DNA from: Acidobacteriota bacterium | Lineage (GTDB): Bacteria > Acidobacteriota > Terriglobia > Versatilivoradales > Versatilivoraceae | NCBI GenBank assembly: GCA_022616615.1 | Contig: JAKEER010000295.1 | Location: 9,768 to 73,767 of the forward strand | Direction of reading: 5' to 3' | DNA length: 64,000 nucleotides | In this document: one piece after another, positions 45,199 to 54,518 of the stretch | Layout: every line of letters begins with the position of its first letter | Position numbering within the stretch: position 1 is the stretch's first letter | Translations under genes and position numbers: made by a program | The notes under the pieces: generated by a model | What the model was told of the DNA's origin: nothing | What the model saw: only the letters and a program-made list of their open reading frames with translations | Database searches by the model: none

Positions 45199-46470
45199 AT
45201 GCCTATTTTCCAAGACCCCGTCGAAATAGAAGGTCATCTGATCGATTCAGGCATTCTCAAGTATGCCTTCGACAAAATTGTCGAGCACCAGGGTCAGTTT
45301 GAGGTGCTGGATTTTCGCATTGGGAGAAATAACCAGGAGACGTCCAAAGTTCGCCTGATGGTCCGGGCGGGGAGCCCGGAGCAGTTAGAGCGGATTCTGG
45401 CGGCGCTGGAAGACTTCGGCGCCGTGGTGGATTGGGACGACTGTCAGTTCCTTGCTGCGCAACAGGACAACATCCTGCCCGACGACTTCTACTCCACGAC
45501 GAATTTCGACACCTTCGTTAAGCTGAATGGCGAATGGTTTCCGGTGACGAACCAGAAAATGGACTCTGTGATCGTGTGGGAGGATGGCTGTGCCACGACC
45601 AAGAAGATCAGCGAAGTGAAAGCTGGCGATCAGGTCGCTGTGGGCCGGAAAGGCATCCGCGTCAAGCCTCAGGAGCGCAGCCGCGAATATTCGGTGTTTG
45701 ATTTCATGTCCAACGATCTGACGGCCGAGAACAACAAAAGTCTGCTCATTGCGGAGATCGCCAAGGCAATCGCCCAGGCAAAAGAAACGGGCGGGAAAGT
45801 TGCACTGGTGCCCGGGCCGGCCATCATTCATTCAGGCGCCGACCGGTACCTAAAAGAGATCCTTCAGATGGGTTTCATTGATGTCGTGCTTACCGGTAAT
45901 GCCTTTGCGGTTCACGACATCGAAAAGGCGATGCTCAATACGTCGCTGGGTGTCAATCAGAGCACTGGAAAGCCGGAAGAAGGCGGACACCGCAATCATC
46001 TTTGGGCGATCAATGAAATCAACAAAGCCGGCGGCATTCCGAAGGCCATCGAAGCCGGCGTCCTCAAATCGGGTCTGATGTACGAATGTGTCCGCCAGGG
46101 CGTTCGCTACGTGCTGGCGGGTTCGATTCGCGATGATGGTCCGTTGGTGGATGTGGTTACCGACTGCGTGCAGGCACAGAAGAAATACATTGCCGCACTG
46201 GAAGATGTGTCTGTGGTGTTGATGCTGGCTTCCACGCTTCACAGCATTGCGGTGGGTAATCTGCTGAGAGGCAGTGTGAAGACCGTTTGCGTGGACATCC
46301 ATGAGGCGACGCCCATGAAACTCAGCAATCGGGGCAGCAAGCAGGCCATTGGCCTGGTTACGGATGTTTCGTTCTTTTTGAGCATCCTGGCTGCGGAGCT
46401 CAGACGACACCAGCAGGAAACCGTGGGGCACATTTCACACCTCACGGATCACGCGTCACGTGATGCTTGA
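45199..46470 (+). CDS. TIGR00300 / LOR-SDH conserved-region family protein (ornithine cyclodeaminase-like, function uncertain here)
   Basis: 423 aa. MPIFQDPVEIEGHLIDSGIL...LDFRIGR..., then a Rossmann-like half (VALVPGPAIIHSG...VVLTGNAFAVHDIE...GHRNHL.AIN). Recognition is from memory of the family, not from a search. Confidence 0.55.
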   Translation: MPIFQDPVEIEGHLIDSGILKYAFDKIVEHQGQFEVLDFRIGRNNQETSKVRLMVRAGSPEQLERILAALEDFGAVVDWDDCQFLAAQQDNILPDDFYSTTNFDTFVKLNGEWFPVTNQKMDSVIVWEDGCATTKKISEVKAGDQVAVGRKGIRVKPQERSREYSVFDFMSNDLTAENNKSLLIAEIAKAIAQAKETGGKVALVPGPAIIHSGADRYLKEILQMGFIDVVLTGNAFAVHDIEKAMLNTSLGVNQSTGKPEEGGHRNHLWAINEINKAGGIPKAIEAGVLKSGLMYECVRQGVRYVLAGSIRDDGPLVDVVTDCVQAQKKYIAALEDVSVVLMLASTLHSIAVGNLLRGSVKTVCVDIHEATPMKLSNRGSKQAIGLVTDVSFFLSILAAELRRHQQETVGHISHLTDHASRDA

Positions 46471-46486
46471 AACGTGATCCGTGAGG
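46440..46486. repeat. 14-bp perfect inverted repeat overlapping the 3' end of the TIGR00300-like gene
   Basis: cctcacggatcacg (46440-46453) pairs with cgtgatccgtgagg (46473-46486). The words read cacggat|cacgcgt|cacgtga, and the CACGGAT word also builds the BREX-island repeats. Confidence 0.9.
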
Positions 46487-46525
46487 CGCAAGATGGAGAG
46501 TGGCATCAACTAAGGAGGAGAAACC

Positions 46526-48088
46526 GTGGAAGAGAAGATCTACATCTTTGATACAACCCTGCGGGATGGAGAGCAGTCTCCGGGCGCTAGTATGAATCTG
46601 GAAGAGAAGTTGAAACTCGCGCGGCAGTTGGAGGCCTTGCAGGTGGATATCATCGAAGCTGGCTTTCCGATTGCTTCTGACGGCGACTTCGAGTCGGTGC
46701 GCCAGATCGCCAAAGAGGTTCGCTCGGTGTCCATCGCGGGGCTGGCGCGCGCCACGGAGCTGGATATCCGCCGTGCCTGGCAGGCGCTTGAGCTCGCGGC
46801 CAAACCACGCATCCACACCTTCATTGCGACTTCTGACATTCACCTTCAATACAAGCTAAAGCGAAGCCGCGAACAGGTGCTGGAGCAGGCCGCAGAAGCC
46901 GTGCGGCTGGCCAGGTCGCTTTGCGACGACGTTGAATTCTCAGCCGAAGATGCCGGCCGCAGCGATCTGGACTATTTGTGCCAGGTGGTGGAAGCAGCCA
47001 TCCGCGAAGGGGCTACGACCATCAATATTCCCGACACAGTGGGTTATTGCATACCCGACGAGTTTGGAAACATTTTCAGAGTGCTGCGCGAGAAGGTGCC
47101 GAATATCGCCAAGGCGCGACTGAGCAGCCATTGCCATAACGATTTGGGGTTCGCCGTGGCGAATTCGCTAGCAGCGCTCCTGAACGGCGCGCGCCAAGTG
47201 GAATGCACGATCAACGGCATTGGTGAGCGGGCGGGTAACGCCTCACTCGAAGAAGTCGTGATGGCTTTGAAAGTGCGCAAGGAGAAATTGGGTTTCACGA
47301 CTGGGGTCGTCAGCGAGGAGATTTACAAGACGAGCCACCTGCTTTCCAATACTACGGGCATGATGGTCCAGGCCAACAAGGCCATCGTCGGCAAGAATGC
47401 GTTTGCCCATGAAGCGGGCATTCATCAGGACGGCGTTTTGAAGCAGGCTCTCACCTATGAGATCATGACGCCACAGTCGGTGGGAATTCCAACCAACAAC
47501 ATCGTTCTGGGCAAGCACTCCGGCCGCCACGCTCTCTTGAAACGCTATGAGTCACTAGGCTACACCTTGGGCAAAGAAGAACTCGATCGCGCCTACATGC
47601 TGTTTACCAAGCTGGCCGACAAGAAGAAGAGCGTCTACGACGAAGACTTGCTCGCCATCATTCACGACGGCCTTAAGATTATTCCCGAACGCTACCATTT
47701 GAAATATGTGCATGCCACCGGCGGCAACCAGGTTCTGGCCAGCGCCACCGTGAGGCTCAGTAAAGATGAAGAGTTTCAGGTCGAATCGGCCACAGGCGAC
47801 GGCCCGGTGGAAGCCACCTATCGGGCCATCGACCGAATCACCGGGATGCCCGGAAGATTGATTGACTATTCAGTGCACGCGGTCAGCCGCGGGAAGGATG
47901 CCGTGGGCGAAGTCTTCGTACACGCAAGTTTTGACGGGCGGAGTTTCAGCGGAAAGGCAGCCAGCTCAGACATCATCGATGCAAGCGCGCGCGCCTACCT
48001 CAACGCGGTCAACAAGGCGATTCACGAGCGCGAAACGCTGGCCGCAAACCGGGTGGCGGCTCAGGGGGTGACGGTCCCACAAGGGTGA
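46526..48088 (+). CDS. leuA: 2-isopropylmalate synthase
   Basis: 520 aa. GTG 46526 follows aaggaggag. [30 protein letters not shown] and a LeuA allosteric C-terminal domain are present. Confidence 0.95.
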   Translation: MEEKIYIFDTTLRDGEQSPGASMNLEEKLKLARQLEALQVDIIEAGFPIASDGDFESVRQIAKEVRSVSIAGLARATELDIRRAWQALELAAKPRIHTFIATSDIHLQYKLKRSREQVLEQAAEAVRLARSLCDDVEFSAEDAGRSDLDYLCQVVEAAIREGATTINIPDTVGYCIPDEFGNIFRVLREKVPNIAKARLSSHCHNDLGFAVANSLAALLNGARQVECTINGIGERAGNASLEEVVMALKVRKEKLGFTTGVVSEEIYKTSHLLSNTTGMMVQANKAIVGKNAFAHEAGIHQDGVLKQALTYEIMTPQSVGIPTNNIVLGKHSGRHALLKRYESLGYTLGKEELDRAYMLFTKLADKKKSVYDEDLLAIIHDGLKIIPERYHLKYVHATGGNQVLASATVRLSKDEEFQVESATGDGPVEATYRAIDRITGMPGRLIDYSVHAVSRGKDAVGEVFVHASFDGRSFSGKAASSDIIDASARAYLNAVNKAIHERETLAANRVAAQGVTVPQG

Positions 48089-48126
48089 GGTCGAAGCCAC
48101 ATCAGAAAGTTCCCTCCTTGGCCAAG

Positions 48127-48157
48127 CTCCCCCAAGCGGGGCGAGGGGAGCGGACAC
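48127..48157. repeat. REP-like ~30-bp element, copy A (inverted relative to copy B at 55798)
   Basis: ctcccccaagcggggcgaggggagcggacac is the reverse complement of gtgtccgctcccctcgccccgcttgggggag. Copy B reads gtccgctcccctcgccccgtttggggag. Confidence 0.85.
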
Positions 48158-48243
48158 CCAAGAGTGGCGTTCTCTAACCAGCGCTCGGATTGGTAAGCCT
48201 CTGAGAAATCACCATTCCACACAACCTCAGGAAGGAAAATCCT

Positions 48244-49314
48244 GTGCAGAAAAAAATTACAGTCATACCCGGTGATGGCATCGGGACCGAAGTCATCGAA
48301 CAGGCCTTGCTGGTTCTCGACAAAATCGAAAAAGTCTACAGACATCGCTTCGAGCGCCAGGAGGCTGTCGCCGGTGGCGCTGCTCTGAACGCAACGGGTG
48401 TGCCGCTGCCCGCTGAAACTCTGGAGAGGTGCAAAGCTAGCGACGCTGTCCTGCTGGGCGCCTTGGGAGGGCCGAAGTGGGACAGCAATCCTCCCGGCAT
48501 GAAGCCTGAGAATGGCCTGCTGGGGTTGCGCGCGGGGCTTGGTCTCTATGCCAATCTCCGACCGGCGCGAATCTATCCGGCTCTGGCTAATGCGTCCACC
48601 CTAAAGAGAGAAGTGGTCGAAGGCGTCGATTTGCTTATTGTCCGCGAATTAACCGGCGGCATCTACTTCGGGAAGCCACGCGGAGTCTCGAAGGAAGGTG
48701 AGGAAGAAGTTGGAGTTAATACGGAAATTTATCGAACGTCCGAGATTCGGCGCATTGCCAAGGTTGGCTTTGAGGCAGCCCGAAAGCGCCGCCGTATACT
48801 GACCTCGGTAGATAAAGCTAATGTTCTGGAAGTCTCGCAGCTGTGGCGCCGCGTTGTGACCGACGTGGGCAAAGACTTTCCCGACGTTGAACTCAGTCAT
48901 CTCTACGTGGATAACTGTGCGATGCAGCTAATAGCCAACCCGAAGCAGTTCGATGTTGTAGTGACTTCGAACCTTTTCGGCGACATCCTGAGTGATGAAG
49001 CAGCCATGCTTACCGGTTCCATCGGCATGCTGCCGTCTGCCAGCCTGGGCGGCAACATCGGCATCTACGAGCCAGTGCATGGCAGCGCGCCAGACATTGC
49101 CGGAAAAGAAATCGCCAATCCTATTGCCACCATCGCTTCGCTCGCCATGATGTTGAAGTATTCTTTTGGCCTGCAGAAAGAATCGGACGCCATCGAGCAG
49201 GCGATTGTCTCCGTCCTGGAAGCTGGTTATAGGACTGCGGATCTAAAGGAAGAAGGCAAGACAACCGTCGGCACAAAGCAGATGGGAGAGCTAATCATCG
49301 AGCGGGTCGGGTAG
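48244..49314 (+). CDS. leuB: 3-isopropylmalate dehydrogenase
   Basis: 356 aa. [25 protein letters not shown] and [26 protein letters not shown] are present. Confidence 0.95.
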   Translation: MQKKITVIPGDGIGTEVIEQALLVLDKIEKVYRHRFERQEAVAGGAALNATGVPLPAETLERCKASDAVLLGALGGPKWDSNPPGMKPENGLLGLRAGLGLYANLRPARIYPALANASTLKREVVEGVDLLIVRELTGGIYFGKPRGVSKEGEEEVGVNTEIYRTSEIRRIAKVGFEAARKRRRILTSVDKANVLEVSQLWRRVVTDVGKDFPDVELSHLYVDNCAMQLIANPKQFDVVVTSNLFGDILSDEAAMLTGSIGMLPSASLGGNIGIYEPVHGSAPDIAGKEIANPIATIASLAMMLKYSFGLQKESDAIEQAIVSVLEAGYRTADLKEEGKTTVGTKQMGELIIERVG

Positions 49315-49350
49315 GGAAGCGCTGAGGATTAGAGTTTTGCATCCATCAGT

Positions 49351-49737
49351 TTAATCGCGAGGAGTCTCGGCGCGACCTAACGGCAGGTGTCGAACTCGGA
49401 GTCGAGTAGGCTGCACACTCACCATGGCCCCAGCAATCAGAGGTTGTTGTGTCTGAGTGGTCACATTGAACAGGAGTTCGGCCAGTTCTGCCGCTCGGAG
49501 CTTCTCGATTCGAATTCGAATCACCGAAGGCGAGGAGCAGCCGGAGAGAGCCAGTAATGTGTGGAAGTCGGCATCCAGAGTCACAACGACTCGACCGACT
49601 TCTCGGGCTGTGTCAAGAATGGATGGATCGTCGGCAGAAGCCATTGCCAGTTCGCCCACATGGACAGTGTCAATTCCGCGCGAGCGCAAGAGCTCAGCAG
49701 ATCCACGCGGCAATCCTTGATCCAAAAGCAACTTCAT
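49351..49737 (-). CDS. DUF5615 family PIN-like (Mut7-C-like) protein, putative toxin
   Basis: 128 aa. MKLLLDQGLPRGSAELLRSRGIDTVHVGE...D..IL..A......VVTLDADF. ATGA overlap with the upstream DUF433 gene. Confidence 0.7.
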   Translation of the reverse strand: MKLLLDQGLPRGSAELLRSRGIDTVHVGELAMASADDPSILDTAREVGRVVVTLDADFHTLLALSGCSSPSVIRIRIEKLRAAELAELLFNVTTQTQQPLIAGAMVSVQPTRLRVRHLPLGRAETPRD

Positions 49738-49982
49738 ATCGCGCGAGGCAGCTCAATCACTTCATCGTCCAAACTGGCGGCCGCATAAGCCAGGGCCTGT
49801 TCGATGTCTTCATCCTCAAGTTCTGGATACTGGCGCCGGAGCTCCTCGCGGTTTGGGTAGAGCGCAATAGCTTCTAAGACACGTTTCACTGTTAGGCGCA
49901 TGCTTCGGACGCATGGCTGCCCATTCATCTGGCCGGGATTGCTTGTAATTCTGTCGAATCGTCTTGCGCGTGTTTCCATCAT
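49734..49982 (-). CDS. DUF433 domain protein, putative antitoxin
   Basis: 82 aa from ATG 49982 (aggagg RBS). RITSNPGQMNGQPCVRSMRLTVKRVLEAIA...PELEDEDIEQALAYAA is the typical DUF433 pattern. Confidence 0.7.
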   Translation of the reverse strand: MMETRARRFDRITSNPGQMNGQPCVRSMRLTVKRVLEAIALYPNREELRRQYPELEDEDIEQALAYAAASLDDEVIELPRAI

Positions 49983-50090
49983 TCTGCCTCCTGCCGGAAA
50001 CTGCTCTCCGCTTGTGCAGACAGGGCTATCGGATACCCACATCCTACTAGAGAACGTGCCCTCAATGCCATAACCTGTCCAGACCAGGGC

Positions 50091-50819
50091 TCAAAGCGAC
50101 TGCAGCACCTGCCGCGTTCCCATGAAAAGCAGCACGCCGCCGAATACGCACAGCGAGAGCTTGACGCCTGGCTCCTCGTTCACTTCCGGCATCAGGTCCG
50201 AGGCTGCCACGTAGATCGTCACTCCGGCTGACAAGGGCAATCCATACTGGACCAATCCCTTCGACATCCCCATCATTAAGACACCTGCCAGAGTAGCCAC
50301 TCCCAGTGCCGCGGCAGACAGGAGCGAAAAAGTCTTGCCGCGTCCGGAAGCCATCATGATGGAAGCGACGGTGAATCCCTCGGGCAGCTTGTGAAGGATT
50401 ACTGCCAAAAACAAGATGATGCCCAGTTGATAAGAGAGGATGAATCCTGAGGCGATCGCCACGCCGTCAAAAAAGCAGTGCGAAAGCAGGCCGATAAGGG
50501 CGGAGGTGCCGACGTGCGGATCGAGCAGCTCTTCCGTGTGCACCTCTTCGCCGAAATGGAAGTGGGGCGCAAAGCCGTGCTCAAAAAGATGGACCAGGAG
50601 ATAACCGCCCAGAACAAAGGCTGGCGAAGAATGCAGCAGCTCTAGGCTTTCGGGAATCATCTCCAGAAAAGCTGCGGCCAACATAAAGCCAGACCCGAAG
50701 GCGAGAAAGTACTTGAGGTACTCCCGATGCCAGTTGGTCTTGATGATGATCAGTCCGCCAAAGAGATTGGCTGCGGCGGCAAGGCTGCCAAACAGCAGGC
50801 TGGTGGCGAGAGGAGACAT
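50091..50819 (-). CDS. ZIP family metal (zinc) transporter
   Basis: 242 aa and polytopic. HCFFDGVAIASGF and HKLPEGFTVASIM are ZupT-like motifs. Confidence 0.8.
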   Translation of the reverse strand: MSPLATSLLFGSLAAAANLFGGLIIIKTNWHREYLKYFLAFGSGFMLAAAFLEMIPESLELLHSSPAFVLGGYLLVHLFEHGFAPHFHFGEEVHTEELLDPHVGTSALIGLLSHCFFDGVAIASGFILSYQLGIILFLAVILHKLPEGFTVASIMMASGRGKTFSLLSAAALGVATLAGVLMMGMSKGLVQYGLPLSAGVTIYVAASDLMPEVNEEPGVKLSLCVFGGVLLFMGTRQVLQSL

Positions 50820-50823
50820 TAAG

Positions 50824-50974
50824 AATTGTCGATTGCTGATTTTCGATTGTCGATTACGGGAGCCAGTTCTTATAAGGTGAGCTCGAAAGACAAAACCAGT
50901 TCATGTTGCGCTGATCGTTTGTCGCTGACTTGATCAATTGTCAATCGGCAATCTGCAATCGACCATCGGCAATT
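50824..50974. repeat. Heptamer-word inverted repeat between ychF and the ZIP transporter gene
   Basis: The left arm reads aattgtc|gattgct|gattttc|gattgtc|gatt (50824-50855). The right arm reads caattgt|caatcgg|caatctg|caatcga|ccatcgg|caatt (50935-50974). The arms are complementary at about 19 of 22 positions over the core. Confidence 0.85.
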
Positions 50975-50979
50975 CCTGT

Positions 50980-52065
50980 TCATCCGCTGTGGCGGAAGTT
51001 GACGACGTCGCCGTCCAGGACGACATACTCCTTGCCTTCGAGTTTCAGGCAAGCTTTCTCACGGGCGGCAGCAAGAGTTTTCAGCTGCAGCAGTTTGTCG
51101 CAGTGCACCACCTCGGCGCGAATGAAACAGCGCTCGATGTCTGAGTGAATCACTCCGGCAGCCTTCAGAGCGGGCGTGCCACGCCTAATCGTCCAGGCGC
51201 GGCATTCGTCTGCTCCTACCGTGAAGAAGGAAATCAGACCCAAAAGATCGTAGGTGACGCGGATGAGGCGGTCGAGCCCGGATTCCTTCAGGCCGTAATC
51301 TGCCAGAAACGCCTGGGCATCTTCTCCGGAAAGCTCTACGAGTTCAGCCTCGATTTTGCCACAAACGGCGGTGACGCCTACGTTAACCAGCGCCGCCGTC
51401 TCTTGCAGTTGGTATGCGCTGGTGACGTCTTCGACTTTGGAAGCATCCGCGTCCGACAGGTTCAACACATGCACGATGGGTCTTTCTGAAAGAAAGGTAA
51501 ACCCCCGAAGAACTCTCTTCTGATCCTCGCTGAGAGGCATGGCCCGGAGCGGTTTTTCAGCCTCCAGCCAGCCCTTGCATTGGCCGAGAAGCTCCAGCTC
51601 TTTCTCATTGTCCTGGTTCTTCACCTTCTTGATGTCTTTGGCAAGGCGCTCGACACGCTTCTCAATGATGGCGAGATCGGACAGGATCAGCTCGAGCTCC
51701 AGATTCGAGATGTCCCGTTTGGGATTGATCGGGCCTTCGGAATGGGGCATCGCTTCATCTTCGAAAGCGCGCACCACGTTCACCAACGCGTCCACGTTCT
51801 TCAGGTTTCCCAGCGGCGCGGCGTTCTTACTGTCGCCCTTTACCAGGCCGGCCACGTCAATGTATTCGACGGTGGCGTGGGTCGTCTTCTTGGGATTGAA
51901 AAGTGCGGCAAGTTCGTCGAGCCGAGGATCAGGAACGGTTGCGACCCCGATATGTGCTTCCGTCTTGCCACCGGAGAACTTTCCGGTATCGATGTGAGCT
52001 TTGGTGAGGATCTTGAAGAGAGTGGTCTTGCCGCCCGAGGGGAATCCGATAATTCCAGCCTTCAA
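50980..52065 (-). CDS. ychF: Redox-regulated ribosome-binding ATPase YchF
   Basis: 361 aa. MKAGIIGFPSGGKTTLF, DVAGLVKG and a C-terminal TGS-like domain (FFTVGADECRAWTI) are present. Confidence 0.95.
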   Translation of the reverse strand: MKAGIIGFPSGGKTTLFKILTKAHIDTGKFSGGKTEAHIGVATVPDPRLDELAALFNPKKTTHATVEYIDVAGLVKGDSKNAAPLGNLKNVDALVNVVRAFEDEAMPHSEGPINPKRDISNLELELILSDLAIIEKRVERLAKDIKKVKNQDNEKELELLGQCKGWLEAEKPLRAMPLSEDQKRVLRGFTFLSERPIVHVLNLSDADASKVEDVTSAYQLQETAALVNVGVTAVCGKIEAELVELSGEDAQAFLADYGLKESGLDRLIRVTYDLLGLISFFTVGADECRAWTIRRGTPALKAAGVIHSDIERCFIRAEVVHCDKLLQLKTLAAAREKACLKLEGKEYVVLDGDVVNFRHSG

Positions 52066-52160
52066 CGTTGTTCTCCAAGCGGTTTAAGTATGGAGCAGTC
52101 TGCCTGCACAAGACAGGCCTGCCTCTGCAAAACGCGACATCTTAGCACAAACTGACGATG

Positions 52161-53186
52161 CTAGACGCCATCGACCTCAACCATCGCTTTGATGACTTTC
52201 GTTTTCGGATCGAGCCAGGACGGAAAAGCGTCAATCATAGCTGCCAACGACACGCGATGCGTAATCCAAGGCATCGTGTTAATCTGGCCGCTCTCCATCA
52301 GCGAAATAATCCGCGCAAAATTAGCTGGAGTGGAGTTGCGGCTGCAGAGCAACGTCAGCTCGCGGCGGTGAGCGTCGGGATCGTGGAAGCTGACATCTCC
52401 CAGCATCAGGCCGACCAGAATCAAGCGGCCGCTGTGGGCAACCAGATCAAAAGCCTGGATCATCGACTGGCGGTTTCCAGTCGCGTCAAACACGGCTGTC
52501 GGCATGTCTCCCGAGGTCAGTTCCAGAATGCGAGCCGCGCTATCCTTTCCCGCAGGCACGGTCAAATCTATCTTGAACTGATCGTGGCAAAAGTTCAGCC
52601 TGTCTTCGTTTACGTCCGTCACGACGACCCTCGCTCCAGCGAGCTGAGCAAACTGGATGACGGCCAGCCCGATGGGTCCGGCGCCAATCACCAGCGCAAA
52701 CTCTCCCGGCGCCAGCGAGGCGCGATCCACAGCATGGGCGCCAATACCCAGCGTTTCAACCAGGGCCAGTTGCTCCAGCGTCAAGGCGCGCGATCGGTGC
52801 AGCTTGGCGGCCGGAACCGTGATGAGCTCCCGCATGCCTCCGTCGGTGTGAACCCCCAGACACTTCAGCTCTACGCAGCAGTTCGGACGACCTCTGCGGC
52901 AGGCGATACAGGCGCCACAGTTCAGATAGGGCTCAACAGCGCATCGGTCGCCTGCCTGCAGGCCCGATTCGATCGAAGCCACCGAAACGACTTCAACGCC
53001 CAATTCGTGCCCCAGAATGCGCGGATAGGAAAAGAAGGGCTGGTCGCCTTTGAACGCATGAATGTCTGTCCCGCAAATGCCAACGCGGCGAACCCGCACC
53101 ACTGCCTGGCCTGGCAAAGGTCCTGCCGGAGGCTCCGTTTCCGCAAGTTGAAACTGGCCGGGGTTGTCGAGAATAACGGTCTTCAT
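52161..53186 (-). CDS. Zinc-binding medium-chain alcohol/polyol dehydrogenase
   Basis: The start was moved to ATG 53186. GICGTDIHAF...GHELG, the structural Zn Cys cluster (CGACIACRRGRPNCC) and the Rossmann VIGAGPIGL are present. The plus-strand ORF 52158-53249 is its shadow. Confidence 0.85.
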   Translation of the reverse strand: MKTVILDNPGQFQLAETEPPAGPLPGQAVVRVRRVGICGTDIHAFKGDQPFFSYPRILGHELGVEVVSVASIESGLQAGDRCAVEPYLNCGACIACRRGRPNCCVELKCLGVHTDGGMRELITVPAAKLHRSRALTLEQLALVETLGIGAHAVDRASLAPGEFALVIGAGPIGLAVIQFAQLAGARVVVTDVNEDRLNFCHDQFKIDLTVPAGKDSAARILELTSGDMPTAVFDATGNRQSMIQAFDLVAHSGRLILVGLMLGDVSFHDPDAHRRELTLLCSRNSTPANFARIISLMESGQINTMPWITHRVSLAAMIDAFPSWLDPKTKVIKAMVEVDGV

Positions 53187-53866
53187 TTGTTTGGATCCCT
53201 TCGGATAGTGATTGCACAACAACCTATTCAAAGCAACCTAAGACTATAGAAGGACTGCAACTGTTTCAATTGTTGTGTTCCCGCAGGAATCCCATGATGC
53301 GACCGGCTGCGAAAGCGCAACAAGGCGCGGCGCCGCTCCTGCTGCCCGGCTATTTCTGATCTGCTGCCCGTTGTGTTCGACCCGGCTTCGTCATATGATC
53401 GGGCGCGGTGAACGAGAGTGAGGGTCGGAAATGAAAGCGAGATTAAGTCATTCGACGATTCCTCGGGTGGCGCCTACATGGCGTAGGTTGCCATGTGGGC
53501 GTACGCTCCGCATACATCGCAAAAAGCAGGATGTATGCGCCACCCAGAAAGAAACTTAACAAAGTAGTACTAGTTGGGCTGCCGGCCATCAACGCCATCG
53601 TTGCAGAGGCATGTCCAACGCGTACTCGATCCCAATCAACTCGATCTGCCGCCGCTGGCTGGGGATATTTTCTTCGCCGCAGGCATGCAGGTGCTGCAGG
53701 CGCGGCGGGCGGCTTCGGCGGGCCTTTCTGGCGGACTGCTGGGCAGGGGTAGCCAGCAGCCAGAAGGCAAGCCCCATTCTAGGAAGGGCCTTCGTTATCT
53801 CGAATGGGCTTTGAACTTGCCTTCAAGCATCTTTTCCAGAAAACTCAATAAATACTAAAAATCCTC

Positions 53867-53896
53867 TTGACTTTGCCGATAATGCGTCCGTATAGT
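53867..53896 (+). promoter_or_regulatory. Candidate dcw-cluster promoter (Pmra)
   Basis: TTGACT (53867-53872), an 18-nt spacer, then TATAGT (53891-53896), about 100 nt upstream of mraZ. Confidence 0.5.
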
Positions 53897-53902
53897 CGCG
53901 CG

Positions 53903-53922
53903 GTGGAGTAAAGTGGACTAAA
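53903..53922 (+). promoter_or_regulatory. Putative MraZ operator: two tandem decamers, GTGGAGTAAA GTGGACTAAA
   Basis: This direct repeat has 10-bp periodicity and lies immediately downstream of the -10 element. MraZ is known to bind GTGG-containing direct repeats spaced one helical turn apart in its own promoter. Confidence 0.5.
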
Positions 53923-53997
53923 AAGGTTTTTGATGGGAAAAGAGAGCTGAAATTCACTGATTTTTGGGGTGAATTTATCAGCTTGAGCTGGAGATCC

Positions 53998-54441
53998 ATG
54001 CTCAGAGGTAGCTACGCAGCCAAGGTGGACGAGAAGGGCCGACTGAAGCTTCCTTCGGATTTTCGCTCCAAAATCGAGGAAGAATACGGATCTAAGTTCT
54101 ACATTACAGCCAGTTTAGAGATCGACTCGGTTCATCTCTACCCTTTGCCGGTTTGGGAAGAGATTGAGCGCAAGCTGGCCGGCCAGCCTATGACTAATGC
54201 TTCAGTGGACAAGTTTATGGACATAACTGGCTACTATGGCGCTGAGGTAACTATGGACAGTCAGGGCAGGATACTGATTCCACAGCGCCTACGCGAGGCC
54301 GTCCAGATTCGAGATGAAGTGAATGTCATGGGTAAGATGCGTTTTCTTTCCATTTGGAATGACGAGAATTACAAGACCAAGCGTCTGAATCAGCCCTTTG
54401 GAAAAGATGATGCGCATGAGCTTTCCCAGCGGGGAATCTGA
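53998..54441 (+). CDS. mraZ: Transcriptional regulator MraZ
   Basis: MLRGSYAAKVDEKGRLKLPSDFR... plus a second SpoVT-AbrB repeat (MDSQGRILIPQRLR). The start is taken at ATG 53998. Confidence 0.9.
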   Translation: MLRGSYAAKVDEKGRLKLPSDFRSKIEEEYGSKFYITASLEIDSVHLYPLPVWEEIERKLAGQPMTNASVDKFMDITGYYGAEVTMDSQGRILIPQRLREAVQIRDEVNVMGKMRFLSIWNDENYKTKRLNQPFGKDDAHELSQRGI

Positions 54442-54518
54442 TCGAGAACACCATGCGAATTGCAGCAGTTGCACAGTCCCACTTTTTCCCACTGCCGGTC
54501 CGACCTTGGAGCGGGGAC

